A stretch of DNA of 63,978 nt, filler included, from Octopus bimaculoides (lineage: Eukaryota), in NCBI RefSeq assembly GCF_001194135.2. It is 5 parts of 5 records of this genome, joined end to end, with 100 filler letters (N's around TTAATTAATTAA, not from the genome) between each part and the next. Parts side by side here need not be neighbours in the genome. Positions count along the whole stretch, not along the records: positions 25,172 to 42,764 come from NC_068990.1; positions 42,865 to 53,958 come from NC_068996.1; 3 more parts are not named here. One strand, given 5' to 3'. Positions 39,005-52,180 of the stretch are shown piece after piece (the first letter of the stretch is position 1; every line of letters starts with the position of its first letter). Under the pieces are notes generated by a model that saw only the letters and a program-made list of their open reading frames with translations, had not been told where the DNA came from and did not search any database. Both the position numbers and the translations under genes were made by a program.

Positions 39005-39036
<32 letters not shown>

Positions 39037-39702
39037 ATTACAATTCCATCTCTCTCTCTCTCTCTCTCTCTCATCCCTATAACCTTTCCTCTTCACTACC
39101 TCTCCCACATAAATATTTCCTCATACTCTCACTTCTAATTTTTCTTTCTCCCTCCATCCTTCCTCCTCCTTTTTCTTTGTCCCCCTCTCTTTCTCCATCC
39201 CGCTTCTCTTCCTACTCCTCTGTATCTCCTGCTCCTCCTCCCTTTCCCTCCCTCTTACTCATCCGTTTCTTTCTTTCGCGTTGTAAAGAAACATGAACAC
39301 ACACACACACGCGCGCTCTACTTATCCTATCTCTTTCACACTGTCACAGACACACGGACATATACAAACATTGACACACATGAACTACCACACAGACACA
39401 CACATACACACATACACTTACACACACATGCACAAATACAAACATTTTCTCGACTGTTTTTCTTTTTCATGCCTTTTCACAGACAGAAGCACACGCAAAC
39501 ACACAGGTACGCATATGGAAATACATACATGTACACGCAAGCACAAATGCACTCATACAAACACACACACACACACAAGCTAATTTCACCCTCCCGCCCC
39601 CATCGTTCTATCCCTCTCTTCTGTCTTCCTGTCACCTGCTTTTAATGAAAGAGATGGCTGTGCAAATGTGCTTGTGAGTGTTTCTGTGTGTGTGCATGTG
39701 TG

Positions 39703-39762
<60 letters not shown>

Positions 39763-39763
<1 letters not shown>

Positions 39764-39983
39764 GGTAATCCCTCGACTATCGCGGGTGTTACGTTCCCCA
39801 AACCCCGCAATAACTGAAAATCCGCGAAGTAGAAACAGTACTGTATATTTTGTTTCATTATTTATATAATTTGTATATATATTTAATTTACTATAAATGC
39901 AAAACAACACCACGGAGGAATCAACGTAAGCTTAAATAATAAACCACAATAGGTGAACCGCGATATGGCGAGAGATTACTCTG
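39763..39983. mobile_element. Tigger/pogo-like MITE
   Basis: TA|CGGTAATCCCTCGACTATCGCGG ... CCGCGATATGGCGAGAGATTACT imperfect TIRs. Confidence 0.7.
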
Positions 39984-40099
39984 TGTTTGTGTACATACAC
40001 ACATACACTCATTTATGTTTGTGTGTGTGCGTGTGTGCGAAAGAGGACAACAACTGCCAAGGCATAACAAGCACTTCAAGTCATGTCCATTATCATTCT

Positions 40100-40520
40100 T
40101 AAATTAGTTGAGGTCTTACAGCTGCTTCTGGGTTATCCCAAGTGATGGGCGAGTATGCCTGCATATGGGGTATTCTGTCATCAGAGACAAATAGAGAAAA
40201 TATGAAGGATCTAGACATGGAAATATTCAGATAATAAGCAATGGAATAGAAGAGTAGAGAGTAAGGAAATAAAGTTCACAGTTCATTTTTCCAAGGATGC
40301 TAGTCCGTATGTCCTTCGGTAAAATCCAGGTAGTATTATAGCAAAGTACCATTAGTGTTTTCACAGCATAAATATCCAGGTAATATTTTGGCAGAAATGG
40401 GAATGGTGTGTTCATAATGAGGTGGGTGGTTTGTGAGAAGAAAGAGAAAGAAAGGGAAAGAGAGGCTAATGAGGAAATGGAGAGAAGTAGTAGTGGGGTA
40501 GTCTGTGAGGATAGGGACCA
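40100..40520 (-). mobile_element. Penelope-type terminal region with a variant hammerhead motif (40113-40188)
   Basis: Reverse complement GTCT-CTGATGA-(49 nt)-GAAG-CAGCTG-TA-AGAC, same family as 46087. Confidence 0.6.
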
Positions 40521-40571
40521 ATCTTCGTTAATGTCCTGTCACTCTCCTGCTCCTCCTCTCTCTGTCATGTG

Positions 40572-40651
<80 letters not shown>

Positions 40652-40759
40652 CATACATAAAAATATACATATATGCATATATATATACATACACACATAA
40701 AAATATGCATATATATATATACATACATACATAAAAATATACAAATATACATCCAACTT

Positions 40760-42570
40760 TCAAGTCAGCAATCCAACTGACTTTTTTACCACTGCAGATA
40801 TAAAAGCAGAGGCAATGATGATTGATTACATCGATATAAAGGAAGACGATGTAATAAGGGCTATAGATGAATTGAACCCAAACTCAGCTACTGGCCCTGA
40901 TGGATTCCTAGCAATCCTTCTAAAGGTATGTAAACGAGTCCTAGCAAGACCACTGCAGTCCCTCTTTCAGAGCCTCGTTGCATCTGGCAAACTCCCAAGA
41001 AAACTGAAGGAGGGGAAAATATGCCCTATTCATAAAGGAGGTAGCAGAGCGGAGGCCAAGAACTATAGACCTCACACATCAGCAAGGTCATGGAACGAAT
41101 AGTCAGAAGAAAACTAATCGCCTTCCTTGAAGAAAATGACTTGCTGCCTGACACCCAACATGGTTTCCGACCAGGAAGAAGCTGCCTGACTCAGCTCTTA
41201 CAACACTATGACTGGGTGCTGAAACAGCTACTTAACCACTCAAATGTGGAAGTGATATATCTCGACTTTGCAAAAGCCTTTGATAAAGTCGATCATGGAA
41301 TGATATGTCACAAACTGCGTGATCTCGGCATATTTGGAAAATTGGGAGAATGGCTTCATGACTTTCTGAAGGATAGAAGTCAGGTGGTAGTANNNNNNNN
41401 NNNNNNNNNNNNNNNNNNNNNNNNNNNNNNNNNNNNNNNNNNNNNNNNNNNNNNNNNNNNNNNNNNNNNNNNNNNNNNNNNNNNNNNNNNNNNNNNNNNN
41501 NNNNNNNNNNNNNNNNNNNNNNNNNNNNNNNNNNNNNNNNNNNNNNNNNNNNNNNNNNNNNNNNNNNNNNNNNNNNNNNNNNNNNNNNNNNNNNNNNNNN
41601 NNNNNNNNNNNNNNNNNNNNNNNNNNNNNNNNNNNNNNNNNNNNNNNNNNNNNNNNNNNNNNNNNNNNNNNNNNNNNNNNNNNNNNNNNNNNNNNNNNNN
41701 NNNNNNNNNNNNNNNNNNNNNNNNNNNNNNNNNNNNNNNNNNNNNNNNNNNNNNNNNNNNNNNNNNNNNNNNNNNNNNNNNNNNNNNNNNNNNNNNNNNN
41801 NNNNNNNNNNNNNNNNNNNNNNNNNNNNNNNNNNNNNNNNNNNNNNNNNNNNNNNNNNNNNNNNNNNNNNNNNNNNNNNNNNNNNNNNNNNNNNNNNNNN
41901 NNNNNNNNNNNNNNNNNNNNNNNNNNNNNNNNNNNNNNNNNNNNNNNNNNNNNNNNNNNNNNNNNNNNNNNNNNNNNNNNNNNNNNNNNNNNNNNNNNNN
42001 NNNNNNNNNNNNNNNNNNNNNNNNNNNNNNNNNNNNNNNNNNNNNNNNNNNNNNNNNNNNNNNNNNNNNNNNNNNNNNNNNNNNNNNNNNNNNNNNNNNN
42101 NNNNNNNNNNNNNNNNNNNNNNGATATGCCATAATATACATCTGGAAGATCCTCGAAGGTATTGTCCCAAACTTTGGCATCGAAAGTTACACAAATAAAA
42201 GAACTGGACGCCATTGCATTGTGCCAAGGACTCCAAATTTGCCATCAAGATGTAGGACAAGATATTGCAATAGCCTGGGCTTCAAAGGTCCACAGCTCTT
42301 CAATATCCTCCCGAAGGACCTGAGAGACCTGCATGCGGTGGATGTAGGTGTCTTCAAGACAAGGCTGGACCTCTTCCTGTCAGGTGTCCCAGATGAACCA
42401 ACTTCACGGCAGGAGGCACAGATGAGAGCAGCTGCATCAAACTCTCTCATGCACCAAATGTCAATTCCTGAAGTAAAATTCGTGAAGTAAAATTGTGTTG
42501 CAACACCAAATGGCGGTGCCCCAGCATGGCCGCAGCTCAAGAGCTGAAACTAGATAAAATGAAAAAATGA
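40760..42570 (+). mobile_element. CR1/L2-group LINE, 5'-truncated, RT domain interrupted by a gap, intact 3' end
   Basis: SATGPDG..LLK..KNYRP; QHGFRPGRSCLTQLL..YLDFAKAFDKVDHG; C-terminal YAIIYIWKIL..NSLGFKGPQLFNILP; A-rich tail at about 42545-42575. Confidence 0.92.
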
Positions 42571-43301
42571 AAAAAATATATATACATACAGTGTATATAT
42601 GCTCACGATGGTGCACCAGCATGACCGCAGCCACTTGGCTGAAACACATAAATAAAAAAAAAATACATACATAAAAATATACATATGTATGCATACATAT
42701 ATAAATATATATACAAATATATATAGGCGCAGGAGTGGCTGTGTGGTAAATAGCTTGCTTACCANNNNNNNNNNNNNNNNNNNNNNNNNNNNNNNNNNNN
42801 NNNNNNNNTTAATTAATTAANNNNNNNNNNNNNNNNNNNNNNNNNNNNNNNNNNNNNNNNNNNNCATAAATACATATGCATGCATCTAGACATAAAAACG
42901 CATCCATAAAACAAACATACAAATCTGTGCATACACTAACACCAAATACTGCACACACACACATATGCACAAATACCTAGATGATGTTGATAAAAGTTCC
43001 AATGAAGGAGCCTTGAATCTATGTTAGAGTCCGGCTCTTTCTCTATGGACAAGAAATACAGAAATGAAACTGATTGATAACATACATAAATACATACATA
43101 CATACATACATAAATACACACATACATACATACACACATACGTAAATACATAAATACCTACATACATACATACATACATACATACATACATACATACATA
43201 CATACATGCATAAATACATACATACATACATACATACATATAAATATAAATACACACACACAATAAAGACGATAGTTTTAGGCAATTTTACCATATATGT
43301 A

Positions 43302-44612
43302 TATCAGGTCATCCCATAAGTTCTGTCCGATTTTATCTTTTTTAAAATTGAATGAAATTCAATAGTATTTTAGATTGTCTAATGAAATTAAAATTATTTT
43401 TATGCATTTGTGTACATTTATAATAATGAAATATTATTCTACAGAATAATAGAATTAAAATTTCTTTGATTAAAACCCTTTCTAACATGGAAGTATCCAA
43501 AGAGCATTTAAGGCACATAATGCTTTATGAGTACAAAAAAGGAAACTCTGCAACCGAAGCGACTCGAAACATACACTCAGTTTATGAGAAAGAATGCTTG
43601 AATGAAAGAACTTGCAGAAGATGGTTTGCAAAATTCAGAAGTGGAGATTTCAGCCTTGAAGATGAAGATCGAACACGACGTCCAGTTGAGTTTGATGATA
43701 AGCTCTTTGAGGCATTACTTGAAGAAAATCCTACATTATCAGTTGAAGAATTGGCAGCAAAGCTTAGTTCAAACTGTTCATCGTCATCTTCAAAAACTTG
43801 GAAAGGTTCCTAAACTTGGAAAGGTTCCTAAACTTGGAAAGGTTCCTAAACTTGGAAAATGGGTACCTCATGAATTGTCCGAAAGCAATTGCAAATCCCG
43901 AGTTGACATCTGCTCTTTTCTTCATTCTCGTGAACACATTTCACCCTTTTTGGATAGACCTGTGACTGGTGACGAAAAATGGATCTTCTATCGAAATGTT
44001 AAACGTCGTAAACAGTAGCTTGGTAAAAAGGAAAAAGCTCAACTAAAACCGCGAAAGGAACTTCATGGGAAAAAGGTTCTTCTCTCCATCTGGTGGGATT
44101 GCAAAGGAGTAATTCACTTTGAATTGTTACCACCTAATGCAACAATCAATGCTCAAGTCTACTGTCAGCAATTAGAGCGTTTGAACCAAGCTTTGAAGAA
44201 AAAAAGACCCACTTTAGGGAGTCAAAAAGGAGTGATGTTTCATCAGGACAATGCCTAACCCCACACTGCAAAGATCACACCACTGAAGATCGAAGAGCTT
44301 GGTTGGGAAAGAATTCCTCATCCACCTTATTCTCCCGACCTTGCTCCTTTAGACTACCATTTGTTTCGTAGTTTACAAAATCATTTGGGGGACATAACTT
44401 TCGCAAGCCAGGAGGAGGGTTGAAACTGACATTTCAGAGTTCTTCGCTTTGAAACTAAAAGAATGTTACATTGATGGGATTAAAAAGCTTGTAAATAGAT
44501 GGAAGGAATTCATAGATAATCAGGGAAAGTACATTTATGATTAAAATTTCAATTAAATATAACATTTGATCACTTGTTTTTTTTTTTTAATTCAAAATTC
44601 GGACAAAAATTA
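43302..44612 (+). mobile_element. Near full-length mariner element with a disrupted DD34D-type transposase (ATG 43487, stop 44544)
   Basis: MEVSKEHLRHIMLYEYKKG..RWFAKFRSGDFSLEDEDR..WVPHEL..VTGDEKW..HQDNA*PH..PHPPYSPDLAP.DYHLF; left TIR TATCAGGTCATCCCATAAGTTCTGTCCGATTTT, partial right TIR AAAATTCGGACAAAAATTAT. Confidence 0.95.
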
Positions 44613-46086
44613 TCCTAATTTTCTCGTTTTTTCATCCTTTTCTTCCTTCCTCATCCAACATACTGTCTCGTAGCATTGCATTTTCCAACGGTTTTTTCAA
44701 ATAAGCTAGGTAGCATTCTTCTCTACTCGCAGTTGTCACATTCGGTAATGTCTTACGGTTGAGTTGATTTTTATGCATTTCCCTGAAGAGAAGATTACAT
44801 CTTTCTCAACATCACTCATTCCCTTGGAATGAACCAATTGTAATCTTCGAAACATATGTCGAAAATAAAAGAAATCATTTAATACATGCGTATAACTCTA
44901 TTTATTTAATCTTATATATATATATGCATATATATATATGTGCATATATATATGTATATATATGTGCGTGTGTGTGTATGTATATATGTGTGCGTGCATA
45001 TATATATATAGAAATATATATAAGTGTTTATATGTGTATATATGTATACGTAAGATTCTGTATGCGCGCATGCGTGTGAGTGTAAATACGTGTGCACCTG
45101 CGCGCACGTATGTGCGTGTCCATGTATAAATATATATATGCGCACGCATATGCGTTTATGAAAACATTTACGAATGCAAGTGGGCATGCATGTATATATT
45201 TGTATGTGTATGTATAGGCGTATGTATATGTCATTATATATGTGTGTGTATATGTATGTATATATATTCGCACATGTATATGTATATGAGTGTATGCGTA
45301 CGTATGTCATTATACCTTCTTTCCTCCTCTCTGATTCCTACCTTTCACTAACCTATCACATACGTCTATCTATAGTAATTTGACATCTTTGTATTCTTTC
45401 TTACACTTCAAATTTTACTACCAAAACTACTACTCACTTCAGTATCACCCCATCCTTACCTTTTCTCCACCCATCTCTTTCTGCAACTATGTCATATCAC
45501 CCCAACTCACATATCTCTCATTCTTTTACTCCTTACCTTCTCATCTCTTCCTCTCCCTCCCCCACCCTTCTCCCACCCTCCTATCACATTATCTTGACCA
45601 CCAACTAACACTCCTTTCCTCACTTCTTTCACCCTTTCTTCAGTTTTTTCACTCTTTTCACGTTTTGCTTTTTTCCCTCTCCTTTTCTTCTTTTTTCTCA
45701 CTTTCTTCCTCTCATTTTCCCTTCCTGTTTTAAATTTGACCTATCTCCTCTTTCTAATCATAAACATCTCTTTTTCCTCCCATCTATCCACAAATACTAC
45801 CAAAACATTCCCAAATACTTCTTCACATCACAAAACCCTTTAGAACAGGTAACACTGATTCCACAGCTCCATATTTTGAAATGACTAAACATGAACTGCT
45901 ATTGGAACTTATATTCCGTGTGCAGGAAACTTTTTTACCACTTCTATACACCATTTTCCTCGAATAATGGAACTGCAACTACAATATCTTTATATACCTT
46001 ATTTCTACTTTCATTCTTTTATGCTCTTCTATATTCCCTATCTCCTCCTTTTCCACAATAATTTAAACTCAAATATTTTCTCACAC

Positions 46087-46136
46087 AGTCTCTGATGAAG
46101 GGATATCCATAATATCCCAGAAACAGCTGTAAGACT
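46087..46136 (+). ncRNA. Minimal type-I hammerhead ribozyme (Penelope-associated type)
   Basis: Stem I AGTCT/AGACT; core CTGATGA; stem II GGGATAT/ATATCCC; GAAA; stem III AC-AGCT-GT with a palindromic loop; GUA cleavage triplet at 46129-46131. Confidence 0.8.
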
Positions 46137-46263
46137 ATTTCATTATAAATGTCCTGAAAACTCCTCACAGATTTGGATTTGTTACCTCATTCTGTATGAT
46201 ACACACAGACACAGACACACAGACGCACAGACACACAAACACAGACACAGACACAGACAGACA

Positions 46264-46345
<82 letters not shown>

Positions 46346-46619
46346 CACACACAACGCATAAATAATACCCAGCAACACATGAATAAATCATAAACTCCGC
46401 CCAACTGCTTATGATTGTTCAAATTTACATGACGTCTTTATGACACCATGAGCACATCGAAATCACATTTCCGAACATATAAACCACCTCGAATGTTATT
46501 TTCAGCAAGTTTAAATTGATTTCTTTTGTGCAGTAAACCATTTACCATTTCTTTGATGCCCCTTCCTTCCCTTGATGCCCCAGGTACGTGTTTGTTTTGC
46601 TTAATGGTTAATCTAGTCG

Positions 46620-46932
46620 TAACGTACGACGACCACTGTTCCGATTGATCCAATCGACGGAACAGCTTACTCATGAAATTAACCTGCAAGTGGCTGAGCG
46701 CTCTGCAGACGTGCGTATCCTTATCATAGTTCTCAGGGAGACTCAGCGTGACCCAAAATGTCACAGGGCTGACCTTTTTGAATTACAGGTATAACTCATT
46801 TTTATCAGCTGAGTAGACTGGTGCAACATGAAATAAAATGTTTTGCGCAAGAGCACAATGAAATGTTGAGAATCGAACTCACGATCATAAGATCTTGAGC
46901 TCAATACCCAAGCCAGTAAGCCTTGCGCCTTC
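46620..46932 (-). mobile_element. tRNA-derived SINE (family A, long form)
   Basis: Reverse complement shares AAGGCGC head, GTTCGATTC B box and the 3' domain (GTCACGCTGA..GAGAACTA..AGCCACTTGCA.GTTAATTTCA) with 56520. Confidence 0.75.
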
Positions 46933-47329
46933 TAATTTCTTAAATATTGATGACTTTTTATGAAATACCCAATTTGTATAATATGAATATTGAATATTCA
47001 ATGTGTATGAAATATTCAATCGAGAATATGAATAGTGTAAATCTGTGTCGCGAAATGTTTTTCACAAGTAATTTCCATTCAAAAGGAATCACTTTTAAAA
47101 CGACATAGTTCTTTTTACAAGAAAGTAGGCAATTATTTACGGATAGATTGATTCTACCACCGGTGGTATTCAAATATGTTGCTGCTAATTCGTGTATATA
47201 TTAGGATGAGCTGCCTTTAGTAAATTGAATCCCTTCATGAGTAGTTACTTGTTCATGTGTCTAGATTAGTAACTTGCCCATGTGTGCTGCCTCTTATTGC
47301 GTATGCAACAGAAACATGGACTACCATGA

Positions 47330-47620
47330 AGAGCATTGAAAATAAATGAAGATCAACAGAAGGTGTTATAGAAAGGAGAATTATGAAGATTAACAGAATG
47401 GATTAAGAGGAGAAACAACAGGATAAAAGCGGCAACAAGTGTATAAAATCTCTGAAATGAGTTTTCGTAGAACACGGGTTTAGAAGAAAGGACAATAGAT
47501 GGAATAGCAAATTTATAGAGTGGACACGACATCCAGGAAAAAGATGGAGGGGAAAACCGTGCAGAAGTTGGAATAAAGATTTTGTTAAATTCTTCGGTGC
47601 TAAAACATGGATGAGGAAAA
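47330..47620 (+). mobile_element. RTE LINE C-terminal fragment
   Basis: HGFRRKDNRWNSKFIEWTRHPGKRWRGKPCRSW matches the RTE GH..RR.DNRW...EW.P..GKR.RGRP..RW motif. Confidence 0.7.
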
Positions 47621-47719
47621 TATCAGACCATGGTTGCTGGAAAAAAAATACTGAGGTGCAAAAATGATATATTTTATGTATATGTGTATGTGAACGTCTC
47701 CCATTGACTACGCACTTCA

Positions 47720-47860
47720 ACTATCAATAGATCGATAAAATATGTATCAGGTATAAAACATAATTTCTGGTGTCAATTCGTTCGACTACCCACTTCATTG
47801 CGGTACCCCAACATGGTCGTAATACAATGACTGAAACACATGTAAGATAAAAGACCAGAT
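47720..47860 (+). mobile_element. SINE 3' half with LINE-derived tail
   Basis: GCGGTACCCCAACATGGTCGTAATACAATGACTGAAAC..TAAGATAAAAG. Confidence 0.6.
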
Positions 47861-48605
47861 AAAAGATAATCAGAAGCCTTTGATTTCAAAGCAAATAATC
47901 AATTTATATTCGGCAGGTGAATTATGTCATTCTTGGCATCTTATAATTAATCATTTATACACTGTTCATGATTATAGATTCATGAATTGGTGAATCAATG
48001 AAGCTTTAAATTAAAAAAAAAAAAGAGAATACTAAATGCATTTTTCCTTTTTAGTTCCCATTTTTTTGTTGCCTACTTTCATCACTTTTCTCAAGCTACG
48101 TCAGAATATTTTAGTTACCTCATCTATAACATCCGGAAGATCATGTTGCCAATTTCTACATTTAGTAACATATTTATTTTTATCGTTTGTATCCTTTAAA
48201 TAGGAAAAAGCAAAAAAAAACGGAGCAGATTCAACAATTTAAAGGGAAATAAGTCAGATAAAATTATATGTGGGTTGTTTCCCCTAGTTTATAACCGCTG
48301 GCGTGGAAACAGTAGTGGTTCTGTTTTTTGTCTCGTTATACAAGAAATGATAACCAAGTGAAACCTTTTGGCTTTGAAACACACATTTGAAAAAAGGAAA
48401 AAAAAAACACATTCTATAATACACACGTTCTTAGGTACCCTTAAATAATGGATGATGGATACGGCTCGAATGGCTTTGATCACACACACAGTCTTACACA
48501 CGGAAGCAGAACACACTCACACACACACACATACATACTTTCATACGCGTGCACACAAACATCTGGGTATTGACACATACACAGACACATGAATATACAC
48601 ATAGA

Positions 48606-48642
<37 letters not shown>

Positions 48643-48689
48643 AACACACACAAACAACAACTCAAAGTGGGTGACTCGTTTACAATCCT

Positions 48690-49360
48690 ACCAAACAGAG
48701 AAAAGAACATTCTTTGCATGGAGTTCCCTTTTCGGTTGTGGTTGGACCTTTTTCCCTTCACCAAGCCAATGTCTACGACGCTTAACATTTTCATAGAAGA
48801 GACATTTTTCATCATTGGTCACCAGTCTGTCCAAAAAGGTGAGATGTGTTCACGAGAACAAAGAGAAAAATAAATGCCCACTTGGGATTTGCGGTTGATT
48901 TCAGACAAATGAAGCATCCATCTTCCGAGTTTTGGGTCCTTTCCAAGGTGTTGAAGATGGCGGTGAACAGTTGTATGGTTCTAAGAAATCTTGCCTGCCA
49001 ATTCTTCAATTGAAAATGCAGATTTTTTTCAAGTTCTGCCAAAAGGAGCTTGTCTTCAAACTCAATGGACGTCCTGTTCGAGCCTCATCTTCAAGGCTGA
49101 AATCTCTTATTCTGAATTTTACAAACCATCTTCTACAAGTTCTTTCATTTAGGCACTCTTCTTCACAAGCTGAGTGTATGTTTCGAGTCGCTTCAGCTGC
49201 AGAGTTCCATTTTTAAACTCATAAAGCATTATGTGCCTCAAATGCACTTTAGACACTTCCATATTTGAAGAGCTATAATTAGTTAAATTTCGGTTAGATT
49301 ATATTGCAAAATGAAATTTAATTCATTAGAATATGTCCAAATACATATAAATATTGCTTG
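48690..49360 (-). mobile_element. Second, more decayed copy of the 43302 mariner family (5' half)
   Basis: Reverse complement aligns by eye to 43380-44090 (GAAGATGGTTTG.AAAATTCAGAA..GAGATTTCAGCCTTGAAGATGA; TCTCGTGAACACAT.TCACC.TTTTTGGA.AGAC). Confidence 0.88.
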
Positions 49361-49929
49361 ATGCCATTAAACATTCTAAAATGCTATTAAAACAACAGAC
49401 AAACGCGGCCTCTAAATGCTAACGAAAGAACTTTGGGGAAAACAAAAATAAAACAAACGACTGAGTGTTTAACCAACAATTAAGCGATTGATTAATTTAA
49501 CCAATTGACTAATAAAGAAGAACAACTGAACTAGTGATGTGTTACCAATATTGGCGTAATGACCCTCGTTAGACACAACAAAATTTGTTTCAACACGCGA
49601 ATTCACATAAAGAATCTTGCAAACCAAATACAAAGACGTCTACAAATTCCAATGTCTGACTCGGCTGAAACAGAACATATAAATCAACTTTAAGCATTAT
49701 TACGTCATGATAGAAACATTTCAGAAATTCTCTTTTCAAAGCAATTCATATTTCTCAATTTGATGAATCAATAACAAAAGCCAATTCCTTGGCGTCATAA
49801 CGGAAAGTTTCAGTCCAACGAAAATTCTGCAAATGTCAGAAAACAATTTTTCATCCACAATACCTCAAATTCATAGGTAATGAAGAAGACGGGAATAGTG
49901 TGAACGAATATTACTTCGTTACCCAGAGC

Positions 49930-51230
49930 TCTACTTAAAGGTTTTCTTTAGATGTAACTATATTTTGTTGATAGAATCTGGAGAAAGAAGCTGTAAAATT
50001 TTCTTGTATTCGTCTTTGTATTTGGTTTGTAATCTGAGGAGTGCAAGAAACACTTGTACATGGATGGTATAATTCAAGATAGTTGATGTTCTGGAGAAGA
50101 AATGATTTGTTGTTAGTGTAGGTGACAAGAATAGAAGACTATTGAGTTGAAAGTGATTGAGTAGAGGCTGTATGAGACCAATCATTTATGAGGAACAGAT
50201 GTCACGTGAATATTCGTCAAAAAGGCAGAAAGAGGAGTCGACGCTTTTGTTAGCCGGAGATAATAAGATTCTTATGAACGGCAACACATCCCTCAATCGA
50301 ATCAAGATTAAGAAGTACGTTTGGATCTTAAGTGAACTTTGTTGTTGGAAGTTGAAGTACTTTCTTGCTAAGAATATGGAGACAGTCTTTGTGTCACAGT
50401 GTTAGCCATATTGGGGATGTGCATAAGCCAGGAAGAGATCCTCTATTGTAGTCAAGCGTAGCATTTGCAGCAATGATCTTCAATACCTTTAATTGCGTAA
50501 TGTTTGGCTGGAAAAAGAGATGTTAAACTATTTTCTTGATATGTGTAGAGATTGTGCAGTTGTGCTGAAGAAGGAGACAACTTTGCGGTTTGCTTTTTGA
50601 TTTTTGATGTTCTGTTAGATAGGATTCAGTTCAGATTTTATTGAAATATTTAGCAAGCAGTTTCACATGTGTGTGCTGAAAGATTGAGTAGAACAAAGTA
50701 TGGTATCATTTGCATGGGAGTGAGTGTCTGTGGAGGTAAAGGTAACTCATTAAGGTATTGGATTAAGAGTGTGCAAAACCGTAACCTGGGGCATAGCAGA
50801 GTTGATAAAATGTGGTCCAAAGAAAGAACTATCAGCACACGTGGTAATAGTGTTAATAGCAGGAAACCACGGTGTCAACGGACGAAAAATAGTGCAGCCA
50901 TCAAGGGAAGTCTTTTTCCCCAGGAGGTTGTCTGGCTGTAGTCGAAGGTAATAACAAGGGACCCAACAGCTGTCTCTTAAGAGAAAGATCTTCTGCAAGA
51001 TATATAAAAGAACAGCTCTTCAGTAGAGTTGGTTTTACGAAAGCAATATCTGTCTTCATTAATGAGGGAAAGAGATTCAACGTAAGGTTCGTGAGTCACA
51101 CCTGAGATTTGTTGTTGGTGACATTTGAGATATAATACGACGAATGATAGCATGGTTAGAGGAATTAATCTCTTTATGGTTAGGACACACTTGCTTTCTC
51201 ATTTCTCGTTGTATCTTAAGGATTATCTAA
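49930..51230 (-). mobile_element. Highly degenerate CR1/L2/Jockey-type LINE RT region
   Basis: Decayed GVPQG (SAMPQV) and YADD (HSHANDTIL) equivalents in order on the minus strand near 50700-50800. Confidence 0.55.
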
Positions 51231-51234
51231 GTGT

Positions 51235-51840
51235 CTCATATCTTAGATGAATCTTTACACTAACAATCCCAGGGTCATGAAAGGTGAAGGGGTAGAAGCA
51301 TGCATGGATACCTTTGAAAAGCGGTCAAATAAAAGTATTCCATCAAATTTACTCTGTAGATTATTGAGGTTTATGTTAGAAAGTAACACAATGCAGTTAA
51401 GACAAAGATTCTACCACTAGACGAAGGGTTGCGCCATGGGTACCCCCATGGCAGTTAATTTCGCTAATGTCTTTATGACAAATTTTGAGACAAAGTTACT
51501 GAAGACATTCAAATCCCTTCATGGTCATGAACCAATACTCTGGTTACGGTTCATTGACGACGTATTTTTTGTCTGGGAAGGATCACAGGATAGTTTAATG
51601 AACTTCTTGCATTTCTGTGACTGTTATGCTAGACACTATGGCTTTAAGTCCAACATAATATTTACGTCTAGTTTTTCAGAAACTAGCGTTGAATTTTTGG
51701 ACACAAAAGTCAAGTTTTCTGGAGGCAGAATAGTGACAGAGTTATTTTGCAAGCCAACGTCATTCCACGTTTATCTCCACCACCGCTCCCATCATCCACA
51801 TCATCTTATTCGGTCAAATCCGAAATCCCAATTTTTGAGG
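51235..51840 (+). mobile_element. Penelope-like element reverse transcriptase fragment
   Basis: GCAMGTPMAVNFANVFM..LWLRFIDDVFFVW..VEFLDT..TELFCKPT..YLHHRSHHP; truncated by a gap. Confidence 0.9.
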
Positions 51841-52004
51841 NNNNNNNNNNNNNNNNNNNNNNNNNNNNNNNNNNNNNNNNNNNNNNNNNNNNNNNNNNNN
51901 NNNNNNNNNNNNNNNNNNNNNNNNNNNNNNNNNNNNNNNNGCAAGTGTCTTCTACTATAGCCGTCTATATTGTCCCCTACCCACATTCCAAAACACATTC
52001 TCTA

Positions 52005-52180
52005 CCTATTATCATCATCATCATCATCATCGTTTAACGTTCGCTTTCCATGCTAGCGTGGGTTGGACGATTTGACTGAGGACTGGTGAAACCAGTTGGC
52101 TACACCAGGCTCCAATCTGATCTGGCTGAGTTTCTACAGCTGGAGGCCCTTCCTAACGCCGACCACTCAGAGAGTGGTCC
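52005..52180. mobile_element. Retroposon 3' fragment beside a (CAT)n tract
   Basis: (CAT)n followed by CGTTTAACGT.CGCTTTCCATGCTAGC.TGGGTTGGACG, recalled as a common octopus repeat; no second copy in the window. Confidence 0.4.
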
